Below the pieces are notes generated by a model. That model did no database searches and was not told where the DNA came from. It worked only from the letters and a program-made list of their open reading frames with translations. The translations under genes were made by a program, and so were the position numbers. A DNA stretch of 49,361 nucleotides, counting the filler, from Sphacelaria rigidula (Eukaryota): the NCBI GenBank assembly GCA_964200075.2. It is 3 parts of 3 records of this genome, joined end to end, with 100 filler letters (N's around TTAATTAATTAA, not from the genome) between each part and the next. Parts side by side here need not be neighbours in the genome. Positions count along the whole stretch, not along the records: positions 1 to 16,390 come from CAXNAA020001378.1; positions 16,491 to 32,880 come from CAXNAA020001379.1; 1 more part is not named here. One strand, 5' to 3'. Shown piece by piece: positions 13,661 through 26,774 of this stretch. Position 1 is the first letter of the stretch; the number at the start of each line of letters is the position of its first letter.

Positions 13661-14711
13661 GTAAGACAGGCGTGAGCGTAAGTTGCTTCATCAAGTCACG
13701 CCACTTCCTTGGAGTCAGCTCTGTTCGGCTCTGTCATCTCTGCTGTGGACTGGGCATAGATTTGGAGCAGCTGTGAACAGCAGCATTCTCTAAACCGTAC
13801 AGAGTAGTACTTTTCCCGCCCGCACCCCCGAGGGGGGTACAGTACTGTTTGCAATGCTGACTGTATACCAGATGTGCTCCGAATGGGGCGAATATGGTAG
13901 CAGGGGTGTTGCTGCTGCTGATGGCGTACTTCACCTTGGTGGCAGATGAGGGGGATGCAGACTTTGACTTGCCAAGGCACCGTTGTTGTGTCGCCGTGAG
14001 GAATCCAGAAACCCTGAATGTGGAATGTAGTGCAGCACTACTGTCTGTCTGTAGACAGAATACTCCAGCACTCAATTCAGTTGAGTTTTCACTGTCCTCT
14101 GTGAGGTGCGGGGTAATTTGCTCGGATTCTGGGAAAGAACGACCTCGCGCATAAATATATATACTGTACTACCAGATACTACGAGTCTACATATATTTCA
14201 TGTTTATTTTATTTATTTATGTCAAACCACTCTCATCAAACCAGATCAAATCATTCTTCATTCTTCGCAACTGAACTCTGCGGCAGGTTCAGAAATGACT
14301 TCGTCACACAATCCGTCGCACGGACGAACAGACAGTAAAATTCATTGTGGCGGCATGGCTAGTCGCCGAGGAAGTCACTGGTAAAAAAACACGAGAACAT
14401 AAAAGAGGAGAAGACAAACGGACGAAGATATTTACATATACATATACATATACATATACCAGCCCTCTTAGTGCGCTCATGCTCCATGTGGCTACTTCAC
14501 GGAGTACAACTGAAAGTATCTCGTATTTTTGTTTTCTTCTTATTGTCGGAAGTGTTTTCGACGGGTACTAGCAGAAAATATTACAGCGAATATTACTATG
14601 CAGAAAAATAACAGTTTTCACAGCTGCAAGCAAGCGAGAGCGACAGCCTGTTTGCCTCTTGCCTGGTTATTAACACACGCAAAGAGCTACTTCTCTGTCG
14701 GTAAAGAGAGA

Positions 14712-14854
14712 ATGGCACTGGAACACAGAAATGGTGCTTCCCGCGGTGACGTGGAAGACGAGCTTGTTAGTGCCGCGCTTCAAATCTCAGAGATGCGGCA
14801 AGAAGCCAAGGTCATGCGCAAGACATTGGCTAGTACCGATGCGGAGTGCATCAG
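14712..14854 (+). CDS. candidate first exon, coiled-coil-like peptide (MALEHRNGASRGDVEDELVSAALQISEMRQEAKVMRKTLASTDAECI)
   Basis: ATG to a strong donor AG|gtgaga; helical charged composition; downstream partner exon uncertain. Confidence 0.4.
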
Positions 14855-15959
14855 GTGAGACGCGCCGCAGCAACAGTAGCAGCCGTAGTCGTGGCAGCAC
14901 TTTGTTTGCGAGTGTGACAGTGGTGCTAAATACTCTGATGGCGTATACGTGCTACCGTCTGGTGAAACTTGCCCACCATCGCTGTGTTGTCGTTAGCGAC
15001 AGCCCACCGGTGCTGTTCACTGATAATAATGATGGAATTGAAATAACCAGTATTCAACTATATTACCAGTAGAGTAGTACTGTTGTAGTGAAATTGGAGT
15101 TAGTAGTGACTTTCTGATGATCCACCTACAATGGGGCAACGGGACTAGAGATACTGCAAGTGTCAAGCGCACGTATTGAAGTGGGGTCATTTCTCCTAAG
15201 CTTCTCACGCAAGATACCGGCAATCCGTCTGATATCTGATGCCCGGGTTAGCACTTATCATAACCTGTAGCGCAACAGGTTTCGCCATCGTCTTTCAGGG
15301 TCGGAGCAATGCCTGAACCGGCATGTCAAGCCTACCCTTGAGTTCTTCGAGATGTCGTGGGCTGACTGACCCTTCATATCTTTCGCACTTGCTACTTGAT
15401 CATGCACGAGTCAAACAGATTACCTGCCGTACAGGGGGAATCCAAAAATATACTCGTGGAAACTATTCTGAACCAAGTTATGTTATCATCTTCGAGGAGA
15501 TAACGCCTCTTGGGTCGAATCCTACAAGGCAACGAAGCACGTTCCTGGGGCTTTCCAACGCCCATATTTTGAGTTTGCCACACTTCTCCTCATCTTTATC
15601 GCACTCTTCTCTCAGCACGCAACACGTGCTTCTACCCTGGGAAGGGAAAACACCGAACGGATATTGAAGTCGGGAGTAAAAACAACCCTATGATTGACCC
15701 GCTGCCCTGAAGTTTACGTAACTATGCTTCAATTTTCCGAGCCCTGCGCGTAAGATCCCAACAATCTGCCGAAAATCGAAAAGTAAATAATCGTTTTTCT
15801 TAAGGCGGCATGACAGGTACCGACCAGCAGAAGATATGACGGTGCGTGACGGGAAGCGTACGCATCCACAAGCGGCCTGAATTGACTACTATAGTAGAAG
15901 ACAAAGTGCTGCGATCGATAGCGTTTGGTTCCGTGTTGGGTGATCGTGAACGACGTGTG

Positions 15960-16260
15960 ACAACATTTTCGTGAGATTGAGAGTAGAGCGCTGATTGAGA
16001 GTGGCTTTGATAATTTGCTGTAACTTAGCCAATTTTGTATTGCGTGTGTGCTTTTCTTTGCCTCCATCACTGGCGTGTGCTTACAGCTACACGTCGATAT
16101 CCTACTCCAGGATATCAAGGGCCTCAGTGGCAAGCTACGACGGAAAGCATAGTGGGCCTTGGGGAGGGGCATTTCGGAACTGAAACGATTAATTCACTAA
16201 TTGACCGCTCTTCACTCTCAATCGTATCCTCTACTCTCAATCTCACGAAAACACTGTTGT
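15960..16260 (+). mobile_element. ~300-bp MITE (family C, TIR ...TTTTCGTGAGATTGAGAGTAGAG)
   Basis: TIRs of about 40 bp; a homologous reverse-orientation copy lies at 35562-35867. Confidence 0.8.
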
Positions 16261-16390
16261 GCGCAAACAGTTTACAGGTTTTCCCGCCGCACTTTCTTTT
16301 ATAGTTTTGGCGTCGTTTGTGGTGTGCAACTTTCGCGGAAATAGCCGCTCTTTTTTTTTTGGCAAACCTTCCACAGATAAGGGTAACTCA

Positions 16391-16490
16391 NNNNNNNNNN
16401 NNNNNNNNNNNNNNNNNNNNNNNNNNNNNNNNNNTTAATTAATTAANNNNNNNNNNNNNNNNNNNNNNNNNNNNNNNNNNNNNNNNNNNN
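16391..16490. other. assembly gap with artificial six-frame-stop linker
   Basis: N44-TTAATTAATTAA-N44, identical to 32881-32980. Confidence 0.97.
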
Positions 16491-18292
16491 GTGGCGTGCT
16501 CCGTCCCGGCTTCTTTAGGGATGCGAGGTCAATGGTCTAATGACTATGGCATGCATGATCATGAGTGCACCCCCCCCCGCACCGCCCCTCGCCTGACTCC
16601 CCCTCTGTATTGAGCCAAGACACTCAAGCCTGCACGCTCATACTTGCACCGATTTGATAGCAAATACTCAGCGTCCGTGATGAACATTGAATGGATGCTG
16701 GTCGGACGGTGTGCATCCTATCAATACCTCGTTACCGTCCTCCCTGACTTTACCCGTCGCGGACATGCGTCGTGGACCTCATTCTCTACGTCCAACTCGG
16801 TGTACGTTGACAGCGGCAGCAACACATGTTTTCACCAACAACCTGTTCTATATACCCTGACAGAGTCATCAGCGATTGGCGTGGTAGGTGATGAACGCTG
16901 CATGTTGTGTGGGAACTAGGATAGCTACCTTCATCTCTCCCCAAAAATTATGGCTTTGGTTCATGGCAAGACTCGATGACACACTCCTCCACTCATGGCC
17001 CGGACTCGAGGAGAAGAGGGAGACGCGGTTGGTGCTGTGCCGGGTGGCCAAGAACGACTGTCATCCTAGGGCCGAAGCTCAAAAGAGGACGGCGGCCCGT
17101 GCACTGCGCCAAGCTGACGGGGGTTTTAAGTGTGTGTGACCCCCACATTGCCTTGAGCAAAGCTTGCTAACGCTCGAGGCACCTACCCCACATGACTTCC
17201 ACGAGGTAGTCTAGCCGAGCCTCCGAGTGATCGGCACACGAACCCACTTGCGGGTTCAGTGTTGGGTTAGGTTCACTCCTTCCGCCGAGAACAAAAAAAA
17301 AACGATGGTGATGGGCTCTGATAGCCCATGTGCAGTCTTCATCGATTAGATCACGGAGTACCACTGCACAGCGCGAGAGCCCGGGGGGAAATGCACGATC
17401 TGTCGACCACGTCCAGGTACGTGGTACATACCTTCCTAGCGTAAGGATCATCTTCGAATCCGTACGGGGTGCATATGTCTCACGTCTTACAAGCGTGACA
17501 GCACTTGCAATCACAGCGGTACTGTGAAGGAGCCGTGCGGTTTTCGGTGCGTTCCTTCACTCCTGGATACACCCCCCTTCCACAAGGTGCGCGTGCTCCT
17601 GTGCACTGGTTGCATAAAGCTGACATGCCTTGTTGAGCAGAACCCGCTGGAAGCTACTTTTGATTGGATGTGACGGTAAACTGTGTCACAATCTGCATGT
17701 AGACTACCACGGCCCGACATGAGCGCTGGAAGTTATGGCGGCAAGAGATGCAACAAGGCGGCCAGGCAGCGTCGATGAAGCTCTCACCACCGCTCACTGA
17801 CCCAATCTTCAACCCAAACCCGAAACTAACCGTGACAATAAGGCTCGGTGGACTCGCCACGCCCCCCCGTCATTGAAGATGGGCTCTTGAGAGGCCATGA
17901 CACAGCGCTTCATTGCGCTCTGTGCAGCCTACATCGATCGCTGCGGGGGACCGACTGACGGCGACCGCCTCATCGGTGCATGTAGCCTGGCGGCATGGGT
18001 TCAGAACACGCCGTCGTTGTTCAGGGAGCGGCACGGTGGCGGACGATGATGATGGGTGAGGCGGTCATCAAGCAGTTATCGGCCAGGTCTGAGCCCTGCG
18101 GTCGGTGCCCGCACTCTGTCACATTGCCGGCAAGCAAGATGAGACATCTTGCCACCTTGGAGCAGAAGCACACGCATTTGTCCGAACGATACGAGGACCG
18201 AGCCAGTCGGGTCGGTGGGTGTACTCCAAAGACAAACAAGGCAACTGCCTGTTCCATTCGCCGAAACGCGTCTTGGTGACTGACCGACTTAA

Positions 18293-18390
18293 CCCTTAGA
18301 CCGCGAGGTTAGTCTTCTGTTGAATCGGCATCAATTTCAAGTGGGAAAAAGTATGCATGGTCCAGAACGACTAATCTCGCGGTCTAAGGG
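18293..18390 (+). mobile_element. 98-bp piggyBac-like MITE (family B)
   Basis: TTAA|CCCTTAGACCGCGAG...CTCGCGGTCTAAGGG|TTAA: perfect 15-bp TIR and TTAA TSD. Confidence 0.88.
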
Positions 18391-21300
18391 TTAATCCAAT
18401 GACCGCGCTACCGGAGGATAATTACGGGCAGTCAATTTCACCCAGCCAATCGTGGCGGGTCGGTGTAGCTGACTCTTCTTGTTAACTCTCTCGCGCCCAC
18501 CCAAGAGCAGCAAGAGCAGCAGCAACGACAGCAACAGAAGCAACAAGGGGCACGAGTGGCGATGTGACTGACCCTTCCTGTGTCTGCCGTATGTCGGTGC
18601 ACCCTGCTCGCGTCGTGGATAGCTTTCCTCGTTGACATACTGGACCAGATGATAGTAGGGACTGTTGTTTCCACGCACCAACCACCCACAGAGTAGTGTC
18701 GATGGACCTCTCCGAGACTGACGCTGATCACACCAGCGCTAGTGATCGCGGTGGCGGCGGCCTGGTGCAGCAGTGCCCGGATGTGATTGCCGTCCGTACT
18801 CATGTACCACCACCATCTCGTCGCTGGTGGTGTTGCGATACTCTTTTCGTTGTCGCCCTGATTAAACCCCCAATTTGGGGGGGATGACAAGCTCCCCTGA
18901 CACCTATCTTCTGCATGGCACTGTGCGGTTCGCTAGAAGCGGTATTGCTTGGGCGTTATTGGTCAGTCGGATTTAGAACCAGCAGGTACTGTTTCCAAGC
19001 GTCGACAAGTTATACTCTCTGCATATCTTCCGGCGGTGGGCAGACGAATACATGCGGTGTGCGCATGTGAAACAGCACTTTCCAAGCTGAGCGGCATCCC
19101 TCGAAAAAATAGTGTTATTTCAATAATATGTCAAGCCCGCCGCTAGCGGGTACGGACAGACGAAATGCGAAACGTTTTATCCTCGTTGCGGATGTGGGAT
19201 TGTTGGATACCAGAACAGAATGGGGGTATTGTACATATTTTCCTTCGACACTGCTGCTGCAACTACGACGTACGTCAAAATACTTTGTTGGTCAGGAAAT
19301 ATCGCCAACGCCGATTTTCGCTGGGAAGCTTTTGTGGGATCGCTTCAAGAGGAGTCAAGCCGAGGAGCTAAACAGCAGCGAACCAGGTCGTGGGTTTCAG
19401 AGTTGTTCGTGAAATAAATTTCTTCGGGCGCCGAAGCCTAGAAGTTACGCATGTACCCGAAATCATCCAGAAAACCAAGATATACCCGTTATCGTGCCTG
19501 GATTCGGAGATTTGAAATTCAAATTTCGAAAACTTACATGTGATGTTTGTTTCTGTTTCCCAGCGAGCATGTCGCCATCGTCAACTCTTGCAGAACGTTC
19601 CTTGTGGCTTACACAAGGTTGAGGTTCCATCCTCTGCAGTGGTCGGTCATCACTGGACAAATGTAAGATAATGGCATGGTGTATGCCAACTATACGCGGT
19701 TCGTCTCGTGTTATTCCGAACAAGCTTTGGTTTCACAAAACCTTTTGTAGCACGATTACACCCGGTCGAAGGGTAATTGCAAGTGCATGCCGTTTCACAC
19801 GCTTTTCTTTGTCGCCCACCATCATCAGGGACTAACTGTTACTGCATTTTCTTCACATGCAGTATATCTCCACGTCAGGAAAGTACCGTAGTTCCCATCA
19901 TCCTCTTTCGTTTGCTGTGTTTACGGTTCGTTTGCTCGGCGCAATGTGATCAACTAACTGCACAGCAAATACATGAAATAATAGTACCATAGAATTGTCA
20001 CTACTGCGATGCTGCCCATGCGAACCATACATTGGACTCAACCGCGACAGTCAATTCGGCGACGTTTTATGCACGTGAAGGTTCGAATGCTCATATTTTC
20101 TCTTCTGGCACATCGGTATGGCAGCATTGCGCCAAAAACGACGAATCGTGTTCTGTTTATCATGTACTGTACATGAATATGCCATCGTGTTTTGTGCATC
20201 ACGTACTACTGTACATGAATATGCCATGTTCAGCACAAATGCAAAGGGCATGTCCTCATGAACAAAGAAGAACGACTTTTCTCTCAGTCAGCGAACCATC
20301 AGGAACAACGCAAGGAAGGTCCTTTCTTGACAGCGGTTGACCATGGCGACCAGACTACTAGTCATGTATGGCTTCGGGCTCCCGACGTGAAGCAGTCTCC
20401 AAACGAGTCACGACAGCTGCTGTAACCATCATTACTACCGCTGTTGGATTACCTTTTACAGTCGACAACATGAAATAACACGTAACTTTACGCACAATAG
20501 ATAAAAGGCGAGTGCGTACGGTTCTAAGCAGGTTGCGCTGCTACGACTTGTTCCGTCCTTCATTGATGACGGCATTCCTACATGGCAGCCGCCCCCCGTT
20601 ATCCAAGTTGAAATACCTTTGCAGGAGGATAGGGGTGTTATACTTTGTTCACGAGAATGTGACAGTTTCAGCGTTGATCGACGCAATGAGATCGCATCTC
20701 AAACGTTTAGCGAAGAACAGGTATTCAATACACAAGAAGCTCTCGAAACACCACCAGGACTGACTGTCATAAAAGCCACCGGAGCCAGCAAGCTATATTC
20801 TTCCTCCACGGCTGGGTGGATGTCCATCTTCCCGATGCAAGAATTGCCGGACACCAACAGCAGACTGTTATTTCGTCGTGACAAAACAGTCGGCGGAAAT
20901 CTGTCTCCTGGCGTCAGCGGCCGAAGAAACGTTTACTTACAAAACTCGAGAAGAGTCCCTCTATACGTTTGACTGCTGAGAATCCCTGTAGATTAGCAGC
21001 ACGATGATTAAGGCAACCATCTGTGTCCAGCGCTACTTCGTCGATAGGCGGGTGTGAGTAGGGAGAGCAATCCGGCCGCGCGCCGCAAGCAAGCTGCAGT
21101 AGCCCGATTTCCTTGATATCAGTTCCCGCTCTCGCATCCTACATGCACTCATGATGAACTTTGAACTTGGTTCAGTGAAATCATGTGAAATATGTTTCGT
21201 CAGCGCAAGTACTATGACGAGAGAACCCTTAGACTTGGACGGTACGATTGAGCAAAATCGGGGGTATTTCTACTATTCATCTCTTATGATGTCATGGACT

Positions 21301-21732
21301 GTTGTCATTGATGATATCACACGCACCATCGGTGGCGGCACATAACATGATTGAATCGGACCATTTTTTGGAGCGTAGACGTCGAGCCGGAATTTAAACT
21401 TGGCAAGGCCGTCTACGGGAACTGAATAACTTCGAGCAAAGGTGGAAAATTGAAGGAAGAAAGAGGCGTGGGTAGGGAAGTGAAGTGTGTTGCGAGCAAA
21501 GTTGTCTCGTGAGCGAGAGGCACAGAGCGGAAGAGAGAGGGGGCAAATCTTCAGTCTAGGATCATCAACAGGTGGTCGAGATCACATCAGTCCACCGCTG
21601 ATAGGTGTTAGATTGGTTTTTTTCTTGAGGACTCAGTGTTTTGTCGCGCGGGCCAGGTAGAACGGTGCAGCAGGCCCGCGCTTTCCGAAAACAAAACCCA
21701 CCGATTTTTGAGGCGATATATATATTTTTGCA

Positions 21733-22754
21733 GTTTTGTGTGCTCTCCTTCGGAAGAGGGAGGGCATACATCAGAGCTGAGAGCGAGAGCGATGCGGCAC
21801 CAACACCAACACCAACATCGCCACCAACAGCAGCAGCAGCAACAGCAACAGCAGCAGCGAACACCCCAGCAGCAGCAGCAGATGGGCCTTATCATGTCCC
21901 GTGAGAGCAGCACACTAGGACAACAACAGCAACAACAACAGCAGCAGGAGCAGCAGCTCTCAGATTCACAGCAAGAAGCTTCCACCACTGCAAACAGGGC
22001 GCCAAAAAAATCACCGACTCCGCCGCCTCGACAAAACCCATTGGGCGTATCCGGCATGAGGGGTACCCTTGGTGGTCATGGGATCCCAGGGAAAGGGTCT
22101 TTGTGTTCCCCAGGGGAGAATACAACTGTGGCAGAAGCGGCGACGGGGGCTGTAGGTGTTAGTGGCGATAGTGCTTCCGGTGTTGTGGAATCACAACATG
22201 AAGTCGACTTTTCACGAAACCCAGCGCAAAAGAAATCATCTCCCGAGGTTGTGCCCGGGACGGAGGGGGGTCTTCGTCTGGAGACGGAAACCGGCAGCAG
22301 TAGGAGCATGGAAGAGAGCGGGCAGGTGTTGGGTACCCTTCAAGAGGACATTTTGTCCGCGGCAGTTGTGGCGGCGGCAGTGGAAGCGGCAGGGGGTGAG
22401 GGTAATGGTGGTGGCGCCAGCAGTGGTAGTGTTTCGAAGGTGACAGAGTTACAGCCCGAGACTGTTGCGAGGAAAGCAGCGCAGAGGAAAGCCAGGCATC
22501 AACAGCAACAGCAGTTGCTAGGCGCTACACGGCAGACGCGCTACGGCAACAACAAGGCTGCGAATAGCAGTGCTACCAAGGCTAGCAGTAGTGGAAATGC
22601 TAAAGGAAATGAAAAGGAGAAGCAGCAGCTGCAGCAGCAGCAGCAAAATAAGGCTTTTGGGCTCGGTAGAGGGAAGAGACTCCGGGCGCAACAGCAGACA
22701 AAGGACAAAAAAGCGGGAAGCCACAAGCGAGGTGGTGGCGTCTCTGTTGATGAG
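21733..22754 (+). CDS. large low-complexity Gln/Ser/Gly-rich exon of an unknown protein
   Basis: Core of the 481-aa ORF 21636-23081, with several polyQ tracts of mixed CAA/CAG codons. Bounded by acceptor tttttgcag| and donor GAG|gtatgc. A possible next exon starts near 22887 (caccag|GTGATGAAG). No recognisable domain. Confidence 0.55.
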
Positions 22755-25511
22755 GTATGCTGGGTACGATTACAGCGTACTCTTCAGAAGAAAAGGTTTT
22801 GTCTCTCTGTCATCATTGTGTCTTTGTGTGTTCTGGTCGATATGCAAGCACTCTATGTGTGGCAATGTGTGATGGTGTGCCACCAGGTGATGAAGACACA
22901 CGAAGATGAAGAGATGAACCGCCGACGGGGTGTTTTGGTGACTCGTGGTGCCCTGGTATCATATTTTTTGTGTCAACATGGGCATTTCACTATGAGAGTT
23001 CTTGGTTCGAAATACAGAGAGCGCCCGCCTCGTAATACATCACCTCACCACCCTTCACTGGTCCACGCTGCGCCTCCCTGAAGAAGTTACCCCTTCACTG
23101 ATCACTTGTTTTCACTGTACGCGTCTGTCTCTAATATTCAACATAATGATACGTTTGGTGTACATTAAAGACACATGGAACGAAAGCATAATACTGTTAA
23201 TGTCTCTTGTGGTGCCCACTTCCCACGCTTCTTCGTCGCTCCGTACTCGTAATTTGTGTGGTGTGTGCCAGACACAAGGGTCGCATTTGGCTTTTACGTG
23301 GAGATTGATGTATATATACTATCAGAAGATTGCTATCCAGGGCAAGCAGAACATTTTTTTGAACATGATCGTCAGTCGTGCATCGCTGGCACAAGCACCG
23401 TACTGTCGAGTGTACTTACCGACTGTAACGCACTACACTATTGTTGTACCACTTCACAGGCGCACAGACAGGAGTTCGTGCTTGCTTCGAATAGTCGGGC
23501 TACGTCTGGCAAAATCGGCATGGACGTTTTTTTTCGTTTTTTCCCCCCGGTCTTTGATTCGAGTTGTCACAAACACGCGGGCAGCATGTGTGCACTTTTG
23601 CCCTCGTCTCAAAACGTACCTCAACCTTCAGTTTCACATGTTTGTTTTTTGAACGGCCCGATCTGTTGAAAGAGACACGAACAGCTCGGTGCCCCCAGAC
23701 CCTCCCCTGTCGTGAAAAAAATATTCTGCTGGGCAGGAGTGATGAATGCTACCAAAGCCGACATTCGACAGGGTCTGCTATCCTCTATTACCCGAGTGGT
23801 TTCTAGGGATCGTTCTGATCGTCGTCTAGCATGCCAAGCGTGCGGTGATGCTGTCCATTATTTTCTTCGTGTTTGTGCAAACTGCTTGCAAGACCCCTGT
23901 GTCAGACCTGCGCGTGTGTTCCTTTACATAAACAGCAAATAGATCTTGCAAGAGACAACCTGTTTCAGAATGGAAACCAAAACGAAAGCATATACCCATT
24001 TGCCGACAGGGGCTTGACGCGCAGAGCAGGGGAGAATATGGGCTCGCTCTGGTGTTCGCTGCTGTGTTTTGTGTCTGTGCGTGTCCATCGTGCTCTTGCG
24101 AGGGCGGGTGCGCACCGATGTTGAACAAACGTTGAAAGGATCGTTTTTTGAAAATATCACGCTGCTCTCACCTGTACTGCCTAAATTCGAAGGCCTTCTC
24201 CCCACTATTTTCGTTTTCTGTGGTCCTGAATTTTTGAGAGATCGTGTCAAAATGTGGCAGCGGGCCATGCCATGTCTCTCTTCTCTCTGTACTAAATCAG
24301 TACTTTATACAAGAGTCAGTAGTAAATGGTTTTGACATATCGCACAGACAGTAGGCAGTACTGGTACCTCTATTATAGTAACTTTTTGAACCAAGACACA
24401 AATGAACGGTTTGCTCTCTCAGGCAGTCTAGGAGAATCTCCGGACATCACTCGCTTGTCATACCCTCCCATGTGGGGCCCACTTCATTTTTGTCCGTTGC
24501 CAACATGAATGGAGCGCTGTCGGTGTATTAAACTTTTGGAGTTTCAGCTAGTGCCGTCATCTCTTTGGCTCGAAGCACCGAAACCCGCTCTGCGCTCCCA
24601 AACCGGAATGCCCGTCCAGTATTTTTACCCCCACATACAACGTTGAGCCAAACTCACCGAGTATATAACTATGAAGTATCTCATATACTACAATACTGGA
24701 GTTCATCAACGCAGCGTATAGGTGGAGACCGACCACGGTCGACCATCGCCGCATTTGTGCTTGATGCTATCCAACTTCTGCCGCCACCCGCTCGCGGGGC
24801 ACCGTGTACTACGAGAGGGCTGTAATAATGCCCTGGGTTGCTGTGGAATGGGGATTTTCCTCCCCCAGTTTACCGTTTGTCGTCCTAGTCCCTCAGAGTG
24901 TATGTAGTATAGGCGAGAGTACGATACTGATCAGATATAATGGTAGTTGCAGGGCAGCCATCTTTACTCGAAATCCGATACAGACTTGCACGCTGTACCC
25001 TCGCACGGCCGTGCAGCTTCTGACTGCTGTACACGCTCACACACACAGCTTCCCCCCTCCTGAAATTCACCCACACGTTGTTGTTATTCATTCATGCACC
25101 AGTGATGCTCACCTGAGTCTACGTGCGTGTCATGCATCTGCATTTCATGCGCAGAGAGGGAAAAATGAGGTCACATACGCGCTGTTTTTATTTTTAGTAC
25201 AGTATGTCGTGATCATTTTCTCCGAAAGAATGTGTTGCTGTAGCTGCTGCTGCAGTTCTATACATGCACCCTACCGTTGTACTGAGTCTACTGACCGCGC
25301 GTTTGAAAGCCACCAGGTAACTTTACTGTCCGGCAACAACCATCGCTGTCTCGTTCGGGTATTTTTAGTCTTGAAATATTTCGTGCGGAGCACGACACAG
25401 GCTAAATCGCCCCCCCAGGAACCACGCCCCCCCCCCCCCTCCTGTCCCGCTACAGGGAAACTAAACTCGTCAACATTCTCAGCCGATACGGAGTTATTGT
25501 ACTATTTATAA

Positions 25512-25740
25512 AGGTATATCTTGAACTCGAGGTTCGTGGTTCCTGGTATTTTGTCTTTCCCTTGTCCAAAAAAAAAATCCCAACCAACCGTCCAACCATC
25601 CATCCTCAGACAATCTTCAGTCAATTTATTTATTTATTTATTTATTTATTTACATACTCCGTGTATTATTGTCTTTACCTTCTCTATTTCACGGTAATTG
25701 ACAGTCAAATAAGCCGGGAACCTCGAGTTTGAGATACCCT
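25512..25740. mobile_element. family-A MITE enlarged by an internal repeat and (ATTT)n
   Basis: Same TIRs, about 230 bp apart; the interior carries the ccaaccatccatcctc repeat. Confidence 0.65.
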
Positions 25741-25844
25741 TACTAAACTGGACCACCATCCTCTCTGTAACCACAGGGAACGCCCCCTGCATTCTTGGAG
25801 CCTTTCTCGTGATCCAGGATTGTTGACAAGATCCATGCGATTTT

Positions 25845-25948
25845 TCCACACCCTGGACAATATATGTGGTCAAGAGTTGCAATAGGCCTATACTCTACGC
25901 ATGTTTTTTGTCTATTGCAACTATGGACCGTGTTGTCTAGGGTGTGGA
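25845..25948. repeat. imperfect inverted repeat / small MITE-like hairpin
   Basis: tccacaccctggacaa...agttgcaatag versus ctattgcaact...ttgtctagggtgtgga. Confidence 0.75.
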
Positions 25949-26566
25949 TTTTTCACACCTATGACGTGAAAGCCAACGGTCGGAAACGTGAGGAATCATA
26001 CTGTTTTTGAACGGGTGATTCATGATGTGTTACCTACTCCCCCCCCCCCCGAAGCTGGGTTGGGGGCGGGAGTGCATACTGTCCCAAAATCGAAAGTATG
26101 CAATGATTTTTTTTGGCCAAAGAACATCCAAAGTCGGAATCGGGGATTGCTCAAGATCAAGACGTGCCCAGCTGCGGCCGGAATGTGTGAGGCCGTGAAC
26201 ACATCGCAGTCTTCTGATCGCTGCTTGCTGGGCAAGAAACATGCCCCCTGCTGCCATCCTAGAGACCAACTGGAGATCCAGTAGAGTGCGCCTTTGCCCT
26301 CAGACGGTAAGGGTATGTCATGTGCTCATGCAGTAATTTCGGAGTGAAATCGATGTTCATTCAGCTGATGGACCCATGCATGCTCGCGGTCAAAGGGCCA
26401 TCCCTCACGACACGATGGACGGCGAGAGTAGGTTATGAGAACATGAAGAGGAGGTCAAACAATATGGTCGTGTGATTTTGACATACTGGATCGGAAATAC
26501 GAAAGAAAAAAAAGCCCGACAAGGCAGTTAGCGAAATACGAAAAAAGAAAAAGCCCGACAACGTCG

Positions 26567-26679
26567 TCCACATTTCGGCGAAAAATTCGAACACCTCCAG
26601 GAATCAAGCAGGGGATGATGGCATCACCAATCCCCTGCTTGGTTCCTGGAGGTGTTCGAATTTTTCGCCGAAAGGTGGA
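26567..26679. ncRNA. miRNA-precursor-like stem-loop (50-nt arms, 13-nt loop)
   Basis: 26567-26616 pairs with 26630-26679 with one mismatch and one G-U pair (+ strand). The hairpin is certain; the RNA function is inferred. Confidence 0.4.
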
Positions 26680-26774
26680 TGTTGTACCTCCTTCCAAGGT
26701 CCAGCATCCTCAGGGTCTGCGGGCGACTTTGCAGCGCTTCATTTTCCTGGAGTCCCATCACTTCTGCTGACTGC

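Noticed and set aside
16435-16446. TTAATTAATTAA palindrome inside N runs (also 32925-32936)
   Set aside because: Artificial scaffolding linker with stops in all six frames; not biological.
26030-26460. Possible Harbinger-type transposase fragment on - (RCVHGL, DG motifs)
   Set aside because: Motifs are too short and spread over broken frames to support without a search.
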